From Mesotaenium endlicherianum (lineage: Eukaryota): a DNA stretch of 64,000 nt. This document shows, piece after piece, positions 10,301-36,376 of this stretch. The stretch lies in NCBI GenBank assembly GCA_009602735.1, contig WELA01003469.1, positions 227,292-291,291 on the forward strand, read 5' to 3'. The notes beneath the pieces were generated by a model. It saw only the letters and a program-made list of their open reading frames with translations, did not search any database and had not been told where the DNA came from. Numbering within the stretch: the first letter of the stretch is position 1; every line of letters starts with the position of its first letter. The position numbers and the translations under genes are program-made.

Positions 10301-12007
10301 GGGTTCAGCACAGCACAGCTGCAGCCACGGGGTCATAAGAGCTAACAGCAGCGTGTGGGGCGAGCGATAAGCGCCTCTGGTCACTACAGGCGCCCCAGCT
10401 GAGCCCCGCCTAGCCGCCACAGCAGCCCAAGGCCAGCCGCCCGTACCATTTCTTTACCCTTCTACGCTTCTGGGTTTGACTGGGGCTGGGCGCGTGCGCC
10501 TGCTGGTACTCCCTTTCGCAAAATCCCCCCCTCTCTCAACACGCAATGCGTTCCCCAACACACACACACACACAACATCCTGCCCCACATTCTTCTGGAG
10601 GCTCTCTCGGGTCAGAGGCCGAGCCCAGCAGCAAAGCTTTGCGCGCAAAGCAGTGCCACCCTCCACCGCCACACTTGCCTGGCTCCCAGCTCAGGACTCA
10701 GGAGGCGTGAGGGCTTATCTCCTCACCCCCCTGGCTGGGCTGTGCAGGCGAGTGCAGATGCAGCAAGCACACTGCAGCCACAGGGGCTTGAAGCCCGGCC
10801 AGTCGCACAGAACAAAAATGCCGAGCACCGCCACCGCCACCGCCACCGCACGTGATTTCAAGTCTCGCAAGGACGCAGTCTCAGCCAGTCAGTCCTAGCA
10901 GCGGCGAGACTGGGAGCACTTCCGCAGCGGCTGCGGTGGCTTCAGCTGACGATGACGACGAGCAAAATGACAGCGGTGACGACGATGGGACGATGCCTGG
11001 ACGCGCACCTAGCAAGTTGTCGCCGCGCCCGTGGCCGCGCGCCTCGGGGGACACAGCAAAGGCCGCCACCTCGCCGCACTTCTCCGCCGGAAAGGGGAAG
11101 AGGGCAGCGCACGCAATGAGAGACCCGTCCCTCTCCACCACCGTGAAGTAGGGCAGCTCCTTCATCAGCTGCACACCCTCGCCCGCCCCGTCCGCCCGGC
11201 CCCCAAAAACACACCCACCTCGCCCGCACCGTCAGACGCCCTTCATCAGAAATCAGATTCGCGTACGCCCTGTCTGAAAGGGGACTTGAAAGGTACCCGC
11301 CCAAAGCCGCCTCTGGCCCGTGGCTCCTGAGTACCGTCCTCTAGGCTCCTAGCAGATTGCGTGCATGAGACCAAACACTGGCCCAGGTCGAAAGAGCCCA
11401 TGACACGTGGCATCCGCAGCGGTCCTCCTCGTCTGCAACTGCCTGCCTGCCTGCCAACGCTGCTTTTGAAGAAGTCTCCTCAGAGTGGCAGTGAGCCCCA
11501 ACCCAGCCCGGGAACTGCGGACGTGACTAGCTGTGCTTGACAAGAGATTGCTTTTGGCAAGAAAGAAGAAAGACACCGCGACATGTACGGGAGAGCGCGG
11601 CAAAGGCAGAAACTACCTTGTTCTGATGGAAAGACAGCGGGGTGCAGGGGGAGGGAGGGAGGGGGGGGGTGAAATGACGGGGAAGGCACCTGCTTGGCGG
11701 AGCGGTGCACGAGCACGCCCGCTTCCTCCAGGGGCTGCAGGAGCCCACTGATCCCCTCCACGTCCGTTGCCTGCGCCGCTCGCGTCCCCTCGTACAGGTC
11801 GCTGCATGCGCGCACGCACGCAGGCTCGCGAGGAGCGTGAGAGTTGAAAGGGAGTGAGAGAGAGACGCAGAGCTCAGCCAGGTGGCTGTGTGCTGACGAT
11901 GATGCATGCACGCAGTAAGTAGGGAAAGGCGCGCGCTCCCCTCCGGCTGCCAACGCTTGCACGTGGCCATGACCCCTGCACGTGACCGCTCCCACACCCA
12001 GCGCTGG

Positions 12008-12088
<81 letters not shown>

Positions 12089-12944
12089 NNNNNNNNNNNN
12101 NNNNNNNNNNNNNNNNNNNNNNNNNNNNNNNNNNNNNNNNNNNNNNNNNNNNNNNNNNNNNNNNNNNNNNNNNNNNNNNNNNNNNNNNNNNNNNNNNNNN
12201 NNNNNNNNNNNNNNNNNNNNNNNNNNNNNNNNNNNNNNNNNNNNNNNNNNNNNNNNNNNNNNNNNNNNNNNNNNNNNNNNNNNNNNNNNNNNNNNNNNNN
12301 NNNNNNNNNNNNNNNNNNNNNNNNNNNNNNNNNNNNNNNCCCCCCCCACAACCCACACCGCGGCACCGGCACACATGCACACGTTGTTGTTATTGTCAGG
12401 CTTTGGGATGAGAGGGGAGGGGAGGGGCGGCCGTATGTACGAGACAGCGCTGCTGGTTCTTGGTCCACCATAGGCAGGCACGGAGAAAGAAGTCACGGGA
12501 CGTTGATTGCGTGGGTGGGAGCCGAATTCTCCGGAGGGCTTCTCTCGGAGGAGAAGGGGGGCTGAGGGCTCTCTGAGCTGCAAGGCTTGACAAGGAGTAG
12601 CCTGGCCTGCATGCCTGTCCTGCCCTACCCTTCCCCTTTGCTGGTCTCAGGCACCACGTGTAGACAAGAACTCCTGGGCTACTATCTCCTCCCTCTGTGT
12701 CGTGTGCCATCGAGCGACACCGGCTCCCAGTCAGCAGCAAGCAGCTGCTGAGAGTGAGGGGCTCAGAGGGCTAGCTGAAGGGAATGAAAAAAGGAGGAGG
12801 AGAAGGAGGAGAAAAAGGAGCGAGCAGCAAAGCAGCAGCTGCCGACGTGTGAGAGCGAGGGAGGTATAGAAGCCCCCGTGCACGCATGAGCGCGGAGGTT
12901 GGGGTGAGGAGTGCACTGGGACACGGCGGGCCAGAGAGGTCAGG

Positions 12945-13021
<77 letters not shown>

Positions 13022-13022
13022 N

Positions 13023-13080
<58 letters not shown>

Positions 13081-16000
13081 ACGCGCCCTGTGCTTCTCAC
13101 CCTGCAGGCGTACACGGCGGCCGTGAGCTCCGAGAGGTAGCCGTACGTGCGGCTGGACCTCTCCTCGCCCCCGATGGCAAACCCCACCTTGGGCCCAGTG
13201 CTCTTGCTCCCTGTGCCGTTGACGTGCCCGCCCCCGATCTCGTAGGCCCCCCCCGGCCGCAAGCTCTCCGGCGAGATTCTGGGGCTATGGAGGCTGCCGT
13301 TGCCCCCGCTGCTCGATGACGAGAAAGAAGAAGAGAAAGGAGTAGGCAAGGGAGAAGAGTACGAGTGCGATTGCGAGCTGCTGCTGCTGCTGCTGCTAGG
13401 GGAGGCCTGAGCCTGAGCCTGAGCCCGAGCCCCGTTGGAGGAGTCACTGCTGCCGCTGCCGCTGCCGCTGGTGCTGATGCTGACGCGGGTGCTGGAACTG
13501 CTCTGGTACGGCATGCTGTAGAGAGCCCGTTGCGCGTTCCACCTGGCGCGGCTCTCCGCCTCGTCATCGTCTCGGGCCGACGACCGAATGGGCACCCCGG
13601 CTTCCGGGCCCGCGCTGGCACCCCAGACGGCGTTGTCGCCTTCAATGCCACTCCCCCCAGCGCCAGCAGCAGGGGAGCCCCCAGACCCCCCAGGCCCAGC
13701 AGCAGCAGCAGCGGCAGAGTGCAGGGCGGCGTTGCCCTCGATCACGTCACCCATGGCAACCTCCCCCCCCTGGGAGGAGGGGGAGGAGGTGGAGGTGGAG
13801 GAAGAGGAGGCGAGGCCGAGGGCCTTGACGTAGTCGGCGCCGGCGACGGCGCGCACGTAGTCCTTAGCCGTGTAGCTCTGGGAGGCGCGCTCGCGGATGA
13901 GGCGGTCCGACTCCTGCAGGTCCATCCAGCGCAGCAGGCGCCCGCGTGCGTCCAGCACCGGCCCGTTGAGCATCAGCAGCAGCTTGTCCGCCTGCAGCGC
14001 TGTTGCGCACGCCGTCGCCACCTCGTACGTGCTGTCAACCCCAGACCCCCGCTTGCCAGCCCACGCACGCACGGATGCACGCTCCCCTATTCTGTGATGT
14101 GAGAGAGAGCGAGAGAGGGTGTGCAGCGCTGTCTTGGAGCTGACCGTCACAGGGGACTGAACCCCCATTCCAGCCCCCTTGCTGGAGCCTTCTGAGCCCT
14201 TCAAGGAGCCGCTCCCCTCCCCGCCACCCTCCGCCTCTCCCTCCTCCTCCCCCTCCCCCTCCCTGGTAGCTGGGCAAATTCTCTCATAATGCATCACGCA
14301 AAGCAGCATCATTTGAGGAGGCCCAGGCCTGCCTTGTGCTGCACCCGCGCTCTGCCACACAAGAACATCAAGTCACTCCCACCCCACACTCCCACCTGAA
14401 GCACTGAGGATCTCACTCCACTCTCAGATTGGGAGAGGGGCGGAGAGGCCAGCCGGGTGGCGCGCAAGAGCTGTGTACTTGCAGTTGAGGACCTCGCCGG
14501 CGGCGGAGTAGCCGAGGTTGGAGAGCAGCACGATGCAGTTGTCGGCCAGGCGCTCGCGGATGCGTGCCACGTCCACCTTCTTCACCTCGCCTGTCGCGCC
14601 AAAGTCCACCCCGTCCACCACCCCCCGCCTCTGCACCCGGGCGCCCCCCCACTCGCTCGCTCAGTTTATGCTCGGCAGCGCCCAACAGGGGGAGCAGGGG
14701 GTCAGGCGGGTGGGGGAGAACAGTCTTTGCAGGCGTCTGCAGGTTTTCCAGCATAGGCCTCTCTGGCCGTGCCAAGGTGTAGCTGCCAGCCAGCAAAGCA
14801 CAGAAGGAGCCAGTTGTGCGGGAAGCTTGGTGCGTGCATGCCCTCCTCTTCCTGCTCCCCTCCCTTGCCTGCCCCCGCTTGCACGTGGCCCACACAGCGC
14901 GGCGCGTCTGTCTGGTCATAGTGTCGGGACCTCCTCCTCCTCCTCGAATGGGCCTGTCACACCAGCTGAGCTGTCTGTGCCTCCAGGTGAGGCGCGATGT
15001 GGGGGCCACCTCGCGGCCCTCGAAAAGCCACCTGGCACCTCAATGAATCTCACCTCACAATGCCTCACCTCACCGCACGGCACCTGTCTCCCCAGCCAAC
15101 TCACAGGCCAGAGGAACCAGACGTGGACAGGAGCAGGGTGGGGGTGGGGAGAACGCACAGGCGGCCGACCCCGCACCACACCTTACCTTGGCAGCCACAA
15201 AGTTCCCGCTCGCCACGCTGATGCCCACGTCGTGCCACTTGTCGGTCTCGCCGTGCCGCCGCAGCACGGGGATGGAGGGCCCGCGCGACAGCTTTGCCTC
15301 AATGTCCACGCGGATGCGGCCCGCGGCCTCCATGGCCGCCTCCAGGCACTCGGCGTCCGTGAGGCGGTAGGCCCCGTGGAAGCGGCCCTCCAGGCCACGC
15401 TCCGACAGCAGCTGGTCAATCTGCGTGTACGTGCCCGGCACGATCACCAGCCGCACGCCCAGCCCGTGCAGCAGCGCCACGTCCTGCCGAGGTCGCCAGT
15501 CCCAGCCCCACGCAGCACATCAGCAGCAGCCGAGGCAGCCACAGCTGCGGCCCCACCGCATACACAGCAGCAGCAGCCCCTTTCCCTCAGCCACAGCCAC
15601 AGCCACAGCCCCACGCACACACAAACACACACACAGCAGCAGCAGCAGCAGCATTCCCTCCCCTCCCCCCCAAGGATGTCGGTCCAGAAGTCGTACAAGC
15701 GGTTGCAAGCGAAGAAGCGACGGAGCAGCAATGCAACAGCAATGCTTGTGCAGAGCCTGCCTTCCAAGCCACCTCTCTCACTCATTCTCCCCCGTGCCAC
15801 TCGTTTTTTTTTGCTCGCGCTCTCTCTCTCTCTCTCTCTCATCCGGCTGAAGGTGGGCTCATGGCTAGAAGACGCTGCTCCTGGAAGGAAAGGAACAACC
15901 ACAATGTATTCAGGAAGAAAGCACAACCGCACCAGCTCTGACTCTTCCATTGCCAGGGCGATTGCTGGTGGATGCGTAGCAGCTTAACATCATAGTAATT

Positions 16001-16881
16001 CGTGTAACAAGACCCTCCCGTAACAAGAGCAGCAGGACTTGCCAACTTCTCGGCTCAAGAAATTCAGCCGGACAGTCTCAGGGCCTGCAAGGGTGCCGCT
16101 GGAGCTGTCCCTTACACAACTTTTTGGGTGCATGCAGCCGCTTCCCCAGGCTGGACTGGCGTCTTCGGGTGTCAGAAATGAAAGCAGTGCAACAGGCACA
16201 GAAAAAGCGTGTACTTCCTTGTACTTACAGGGGAGGAAGGGCAACCCATGCTCTGTTTTGCTGTTTTTTTATTTTAAAAAGCTGAAGCTTGAAGATGTAA
16301 GGGGCAGCCCAGAAAGGCCTGACGAGATAATGTAAGGTGTAATTTTGACGGCCTGTGTACAAAGACGCTCTGAGACTAACCTGTAGGATGCTGGCAGCAA
16401 CGTCCCTCCTTGCTATGACCTCCCCGGGCAGCACCAACACAAATGTGCTTCCCCGATGGCCCTGTATGTATGGCCAGGCTTCTCGGAACCAATTCACAAA
16501 CTGGAACTCCTTCCGTGCGAGTCCCTCCTCGTCGGAGTCTGAGGCGTTCTCTTCTTCTAGGACTACATTGTCAGATGGCAGAGCTGGGGCCGCACAGTGA
16601 TTCCGTGAACGGGATGTGCAGGTGCTCCGCTCTTGGTGATTGAATGGCTTGCTCAGGTCGATCTGACTAGCCTGCTGAGCGAAACCACAGTCTCTCGTAT
16701 TCGTCTTACCCTGGCTTTTATTTGAAGCGGAAGCTATAATCTTATGCCGAGAGAAGCCCACAGACAGATTCCTATGGCAGCTTGTTGAAGATGGCAAAAG
16801 ATCACTTCTTTGATTTATCTCTGCGCCTGGCCACAACTCATACAGAAAAGAGGGAGGATTAATGCATAAAGCCGAGGCCAT
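9036..16881 (-). CDS. NAGS: Plastid amino-acid N-acetyltransferase / N-acetylglutamate synthase (AAK plus GNAT domains)
   Basis: Phase-compatible GT-AG exons: 16881-16381, 15483-15187, 14630-14479, 14031-13101, [probable exon in N gap 12089-12339], 11801-11690, 11168-11009, 9713-9641, 9222-9036. Motifs: [57 protein letters not shown]...[19 protein letters not shown]. Ser-rich transit-peptide-like N-terminus. Confidence 0.95.
10150..10298. repeat. (AG)n microsatellite with internal N gap, in a NAGS intron
   Basis: Seen directly in the sequence. Confidence 0.95.
12016..12339. repeat. (CA)n(GA)n compound microsatellite followed by a 251-N assembly gap
   Basis: Seen directly; N run at 12089-12339. 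Confidence 0.95.
12948..13076. repeat. (AG)n microsatellite just downstream of the NAGS exon-4 donor
   Basis: Seen directly in the sequence. Confidence 0.95.
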
Positions 16882-19800
16882 CCTTCACTATTATGCTTAC
16901 GTGGCCAGCTACATCTGACTGGCTTTATCTCAGGAAAAGGCAGGTAGAAGTGGCACTGTGGTTTCCGAGAGTGAGAACGATCCTTCAAAGAATGCAGCAA
17001 TATTTTCTTGCTAACAAGTTTGATAACTACACTTCGAGTTTGTTACCAGGTCCAATCGGGCTCTAAAATCAGCAGATTTTCACGGGAGTTATGATCAGGT
17101 TGTTACAAGGCAGTTCTCACGTATTTCAAGACGTGGGGGCACTTGGGGTTGCTTGGGGTTGCATGGAGGAGGGGCATTGTTCGTCGGTGTCGATGCTTGA
17201 ACTTGACCGAAGTTTTTAAAGCGAGTGAATTGCCAGCAATCTGCCTAAGCGTCGTTTAACTGACAGCCCATGTGGGCTGACATCGAGGCGGTCCTGCTCG
17301 GGGCTTCAGCCTTCGCAACAATTCGCAACCATTCACAGCATTGCAGTGTTCGGCAGAGTTTTGCAGGGTGTCAGCTGGGTGCAGCCGAACGTCAAATCCT
17401 CATATATACACGATAATACTTGGGCTGTTTTTGGCGGTACAGGATCAATGGATGTCTAAATTATCTCTTGCCGCGGCGCAAAGTCGCACTCCCACCAAAC
17501 CTGTCTATCCCCCCAGCCGGTGAGTAAAAGTATATGAACGTGGTGCCAGATTGTGCCAGATGGTGCGGCGTGCCTAGCACTTGGACTCATTTAGACTGGA
17601 TTAGACCCTCCTCTTTGACAGTTGACTGCTTTATGGTCAACCCCCCTTTCTAGGGGTGGCAATCACTCGAGAAATAAAATGGGTTCCTTCGTATAATTTT
17701 GACCCACTTTTGGAGTTTGGGACTATTTTTCAAGTGAAGGACAAGTAAGATCTATTATGTGGACTATGTAGAACATTTACTCATAAGTTCCCACCGTTCA
17801 AAGACAATAGGTCCATCTTAATTTAATCCGATGAGTGTACAACAAATGGGGACAACAGTTGTAATTTACTCTAAATTTGGTGCATTGGTCATGCGCAAAT
17901 CTGTGTGGGCATCCCTGGTATTTGGTACCAGATGCCTGAAAATGTCATGGGACTCTTTCCAACAAACAATAAATGTGGAACTTTAAGATTTATGACATTT
18001 AGGATAATGATATCACAATTTATAGATAAAATTTGGTCAATTTCTTGCAAGAGTTCCAAGTGTTTCAAAAAAGAACTCTCCCAAACCCTTTAAGCTCTTT
18101 GCTGAAACACCAAATTGTCAAAATATTGTGAAAGTTTTGTGAAAGTTGTCATGTAAATCACGCGATTATCGTAGCACCTCGTTTTGGTAGTTCACGTACA
18201 ATGTGACACGTCTTTTGACTGAACGGCAACTTTATAGTTTGCATCTTTGCCAAGTATATTGTAGGGATATGGACGAAAAGATAACTTGAGGTACTTTGAT
18301 GGCGCCAATTGTACTTATACACATTCAAACCAACACTTCCGTCGCATTTCGGCGACGTGTCACACGCGTCGCATCCGGCCACGTAGCGATCGTTACATAT
18401 GTGTCGTTGCAACGCAATTGTCAATGGTCGAATCGAACATCAACCATGGAGCAATAAAATTTGATGACGTCGTTCACACATATTACGAGAGAACCATTGA
18501 ATGGGTCAAAATAACACATCTAATCTTGTATGTCTCTTATTATCAACAATTTATTCTTGAAAATTTTGCAAAGAGATAATACAATGTTGAACGTATGATC
18601 CTCAGTTAACGTGAAGTTTAATATTCCACTTCGTGAAGTTTGAGAACTTTTAGCCGATCCGTTGTGTTTGAGAATTTTGGCCCAATTTTACCGAAATTGA
18701 ATTTGAAAAAACTTAGACCTTTTATAATTGTTTCGCCATATGTAATAATAATGTGGTTGTTAAATGGTCAATTTTTACACGCTGGACAAACAATTGACCA
18801 TCTCCTTGGGCTTGTGAGTTGTTGAAGTTGAATCATGAATGTCAAAGTTTTTGATATGGAAAGATCGTATGCATCATAAAACTTTTGATATAAAAATCAA
18901 TTTTATACTTGGGAGATTGAACGGTCTCGAATGTTTCAACTGTTGGGTTCTTAGATTGGGTTCGTTTGAATTGCTTTTATCTGAAATGAAACACAATTCC
19001 TGCGACAAGTTCGTGAATTGACATTCGCCGTTTTGTCATAGACACATTTCCAGTGTGTCTACTTGCGAATAAATGGATAGTTGTATTTATCTTTCCTGAC
19101 ACTCGCGTCTAACGACAAAAGAACTTGACAAATCTTCGTTTCTCACTCTCATGTTATGAGGATAGAATACCTCTTTATATATAGTAGTCAAACTTTCAAA
19201 AGGCAAGGTTGTCTTAAAGTGAAGTCCTGAATTATTTAAAATGAGATACTTGGTGGTCCAGCCTATTGAATCAATCTGAAAAAGTATTTCATAACGTCTT
19301 ATGATTATTATTGAAAAAATGCGACTTGGTTTCACTACTTTCATCATTTCTAATGATGTATACGTGTCCATACGACGCGGGGAAAATGTGTAATTTTCCC
19401 CTGATTAATAAAAATGTACGTTATACATGTACCTGATTGTAAACAATCGCATGCTTATGCGCACCCTCTTATGCACACAATCGTCAACATTCTACAGTAA
19501 AATTAGATATACTTTGTTCAAACATGTAAAAGTTGTCTATTCTTTCACGTTGGACGCACGGTTAACACATAGTGTTTGTTGCTAAGTTTCAGTTGATACT
19601 CAATTAATTATTTGGAGGTCGTCAATTTTTTTTAAATTTCACAAGTACGGCCATTTTCCTATCATTTAGGTGATCTTAATTGTGGTTTTAATTTTAATGA
19701 ACATTTTCACCTAGTTATTGACGAATAGATTATACAAAAGAAAATCATGACAAGAATAAATGGTCAAGAGCCATAAATTTTGATTTCGTTGCTTGTGACG

Positions 19801-20064
19801 GGCCCCCCAAAAATAATGTACATTTCCCCTTCCCACAATATCATGTCAGAGATGTGGGGACCCCCCCACAATACAAATTAAGAAAAATAATTGACATTTT
19901 TTACCTGTGAGAGGAAGATGAGGGGAAGCGAGCTGACTCAACGATACAAAACACTGGAAGTTTAGTAACTGGTTAAAATAAGTATGCAGTTAAGAGGCCC
20001 AAAATGTTAGCTCATGAAGTCATAAATGCTGCTTGGCCGGCTATTGGGTAGGCTAACCCTAAAT

Positions 20065-20099
20065 CGAAAACCCCAAACCCTAAACTTCTGAACCCTAAA
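20065..20099. repeat. Cluster of telo-box / telomere-like AACCCTAAA motifs
   Basis: aaccctaaa tcgaaaaccccaaaccctaaa cttctg aaccctaaa: three plant-type (TTTAGGG) units plus one degenerate unit. Confidence 0.6.
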
Positions 20100-22642
20100 C
20101 GTAACTTTGCAATGATTGCAGCTGGGGTATTGACTTGTGTACCAGTCGAAGTGGGTCCACCTTTGGAGTCTTTCTTGGTCACAATCAGATAATGATCAAG
20201 GGCCGCATTACTTGCCAACAGTGAGATGCTCTTGTATTAAATAAGATAACGTGAGTATACACAATTTATGTCAAATATATTTGAAACTTATTTAGTTACA
20301 AATAGTCGAGGCAAAAATCGTATTTTAGCTTTAAAAGAAGCAAACTAAACAAGTCAAAAAGAACAAGAGAAGAACATTGCAAGAGTGATTTGGAGAGTGT
20401 AGGCAAGCAAATATAAAGAAAAGTGCCCAAAATGCAAAAAAGTGGGAAATTGGGCGTAAGATCTTACCCACTACTATTTTGATCCCACCGAAGTGCTTTT
20501 GTGTCGATGACAAGTGAACAAAAAAGCAAGCATCTATACTTAACGGATGGTGTGTAGTAATCCTCACAGCACCAAGTCAAAGTATTTCTGTGTGAAGTAG
20601 TGTCGTAGACACACGAGTTGGACGTCAAAGTCGAAAACGACATTTCTTGCTGAGAACCGTAGCTTAAATCGTCAAAAGTGTGACGGGCGTCGAGTAGCAC
20701 TGTCTCATAATGCTTTTGTTCGAAGCTGGTCGCTGCTTATCACGATTCACGACGTGCCGTCAATTGACAGATATTTTTAAATTTCTACGCGACGTTTTTC
20801 AGCGTCAAGTTGTCAGGTACCTACTACCACCCGGTCGAAAGGGGACCTGATGGGATTTGACGAACAAAAGAGGTTAGACGAGATGGGAGGGTTAGAAGTG
20901 GGGAACAGCTGCATTATGAAGGGTCCGATTCGCTTTTAACCTTGGCCGCGATCAGAAGGCAACTTGCTGTTGGGGCTGGCGTACCATGGACGATAGCTTT
21001 TAGTTTGTGCGACTCCTTAATCTGATGGCAACGAGATGAATAATGGCGTTGCCAGTGAGGCGAACTCTCTCAATTGGTTCCCTTTGCGCCTCGCTGCGAT
21101 AGTGGGGATGTTTGGACTCTGGAGTCTGGAGTGAAGGAAATGTAGATGACCACGATGCGGCGCATCGTTGCATTCCCGATTCTTGTAATGAGTTGGGGGA
21201 GCAGCGGGGATCTATGTATTGAAGGGCCCGATTGCTGGATACGTGTAAAGGAATCATAAGCTGCGATGCGCTGCCTGCGTTCTTCTTACTTCGTGCGGCG
21301 CCTGCCATCATATACGCCGCCGGCTGTCGACGGGGTCTGGTTGGGTCTGAAGATAGTAACTGTTTGAAGCGTCAGTATTAGAAAATATTGTAGCTGGTAG
21401 GTTCAAACTTCAGTCTCTATAAGTTTTGGCCGATATGGGAAGAGCGCCGACTCCGGAGGCCTGCCAAGAGACCCCCCCCTCTGCCATTGGTGGCGCATGG
21501 CGGCCCTATTGAAGATTATATTCAGCCGGCCTATATTTACATTAAATAACTTATATTAGTCATAAAGTGGCTCTGTAAGCGTCATCAGGAGTCGTCTTGT
21601 CCCAAGGCCGGTCAACCAGTTGAATGCAATTTTGATTTGAACAATTTGAAGCAGATTTGACATGAGATTTGAAGTACTTTTCTGCACACTTGGCTGAATG
21701 AAAGATCATCTGATTGGCTGAAACCATCATGTGGGACCACAGATTAGAATTGTGAAGTTGTTGCAAATGCAAAAAGCGGGTCCCCAATGTCCCCAAGGGT
21801 CCACAGCCATCCACAAATGCCCTTGCAATGCACATACAACCGCAGCTGCTGATTGTCGATTTTTTTTGAAGGTGATGTTTTCTTTGTGTTCAAATCGATT
21901 AGAATATGCCAGGAACCATTTAATATCAACGTTGGATGCCAGCTCCGGGTGGTGCACCCAGGGCTGCCGCGAGTCTTACCGCATTGCTTCTGGTGGATTG
22001 CCCGGGCTCCCCACGGGCCAGTCATTTCAGGAACGTCGGTCTGTAGTAGCAAATTTTTGACTTTCCGCTGCTTCCCGGGCAGATCTAGAGCCATAGCTAA
22101 TATTTAAATGGGTCAATTTGGAGTGACATGAGGGTCCTTTAGTCATGACTTTTTGGTTGCTTTTTGCAAGCAAGGAGAACGATACGATACGTGGGTATTA
22201 ATCAGGTACCATGATGGTCGAGAGAAAGTCTCATGAATATGTTTTCGATGACTGAAACTCTTATAAATATCCAGTGTAAGGTCGGGGCCATCTTTATGGA
22301 CACACGAGGTCGATTAAATATCGAGGGAGAGATCTAGCCGTCGATATGACTTCGCATTCCACAGCTCACCAAAAAAGCACTCTACGGACAATCCATATCA
22401 ATCCCCAGCCCCATCTAGGCGTCGAATACCGCCGGGAGGTTTTCTTATGTGCACAGGCGAGAGAGAGGAAGTATCTTTAGCTCTCGTCTGGCCAGAAGCT
22501 ACAGAGGGCCCAGCTGATCAAAAGCCTGAGATATCCGGAACCGGCTAACTGGTGAAGTCTGGGGTGGGCTTTCAACTAACAACTTGCCTGGTAAGAGAAT
22601 CGGTTCTTGCGGGTTCGTAGAGCCAAAAGAGAGGTAGCCAGT

Positions 22643-36376
<13,734 letters not shown>

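Noticed and set aside
9919..13140. Long ORFs with LSLSLS, ERERER or THTHTH runs
   Set aside because: Translations of microsatellites and N gaps.
14518..15987. 489-aa plus-strand ORF
   Set aside because: GC-rich antisense shadow of NAGS exons and introns; no domain.
21000..22107. Several 80-116 aa ORFs in the NAGS-GOGAT spacer
   Set aside because: No recognisable motifs or convincing splice structure. A small gene or TE relic cannot be fully excluded.
17581..22115. Possible TIR pair (gactcatttag / reverse complement gacccatttaa)
   Set aside because: Only 9/11 match over a short stretch and no TSD.
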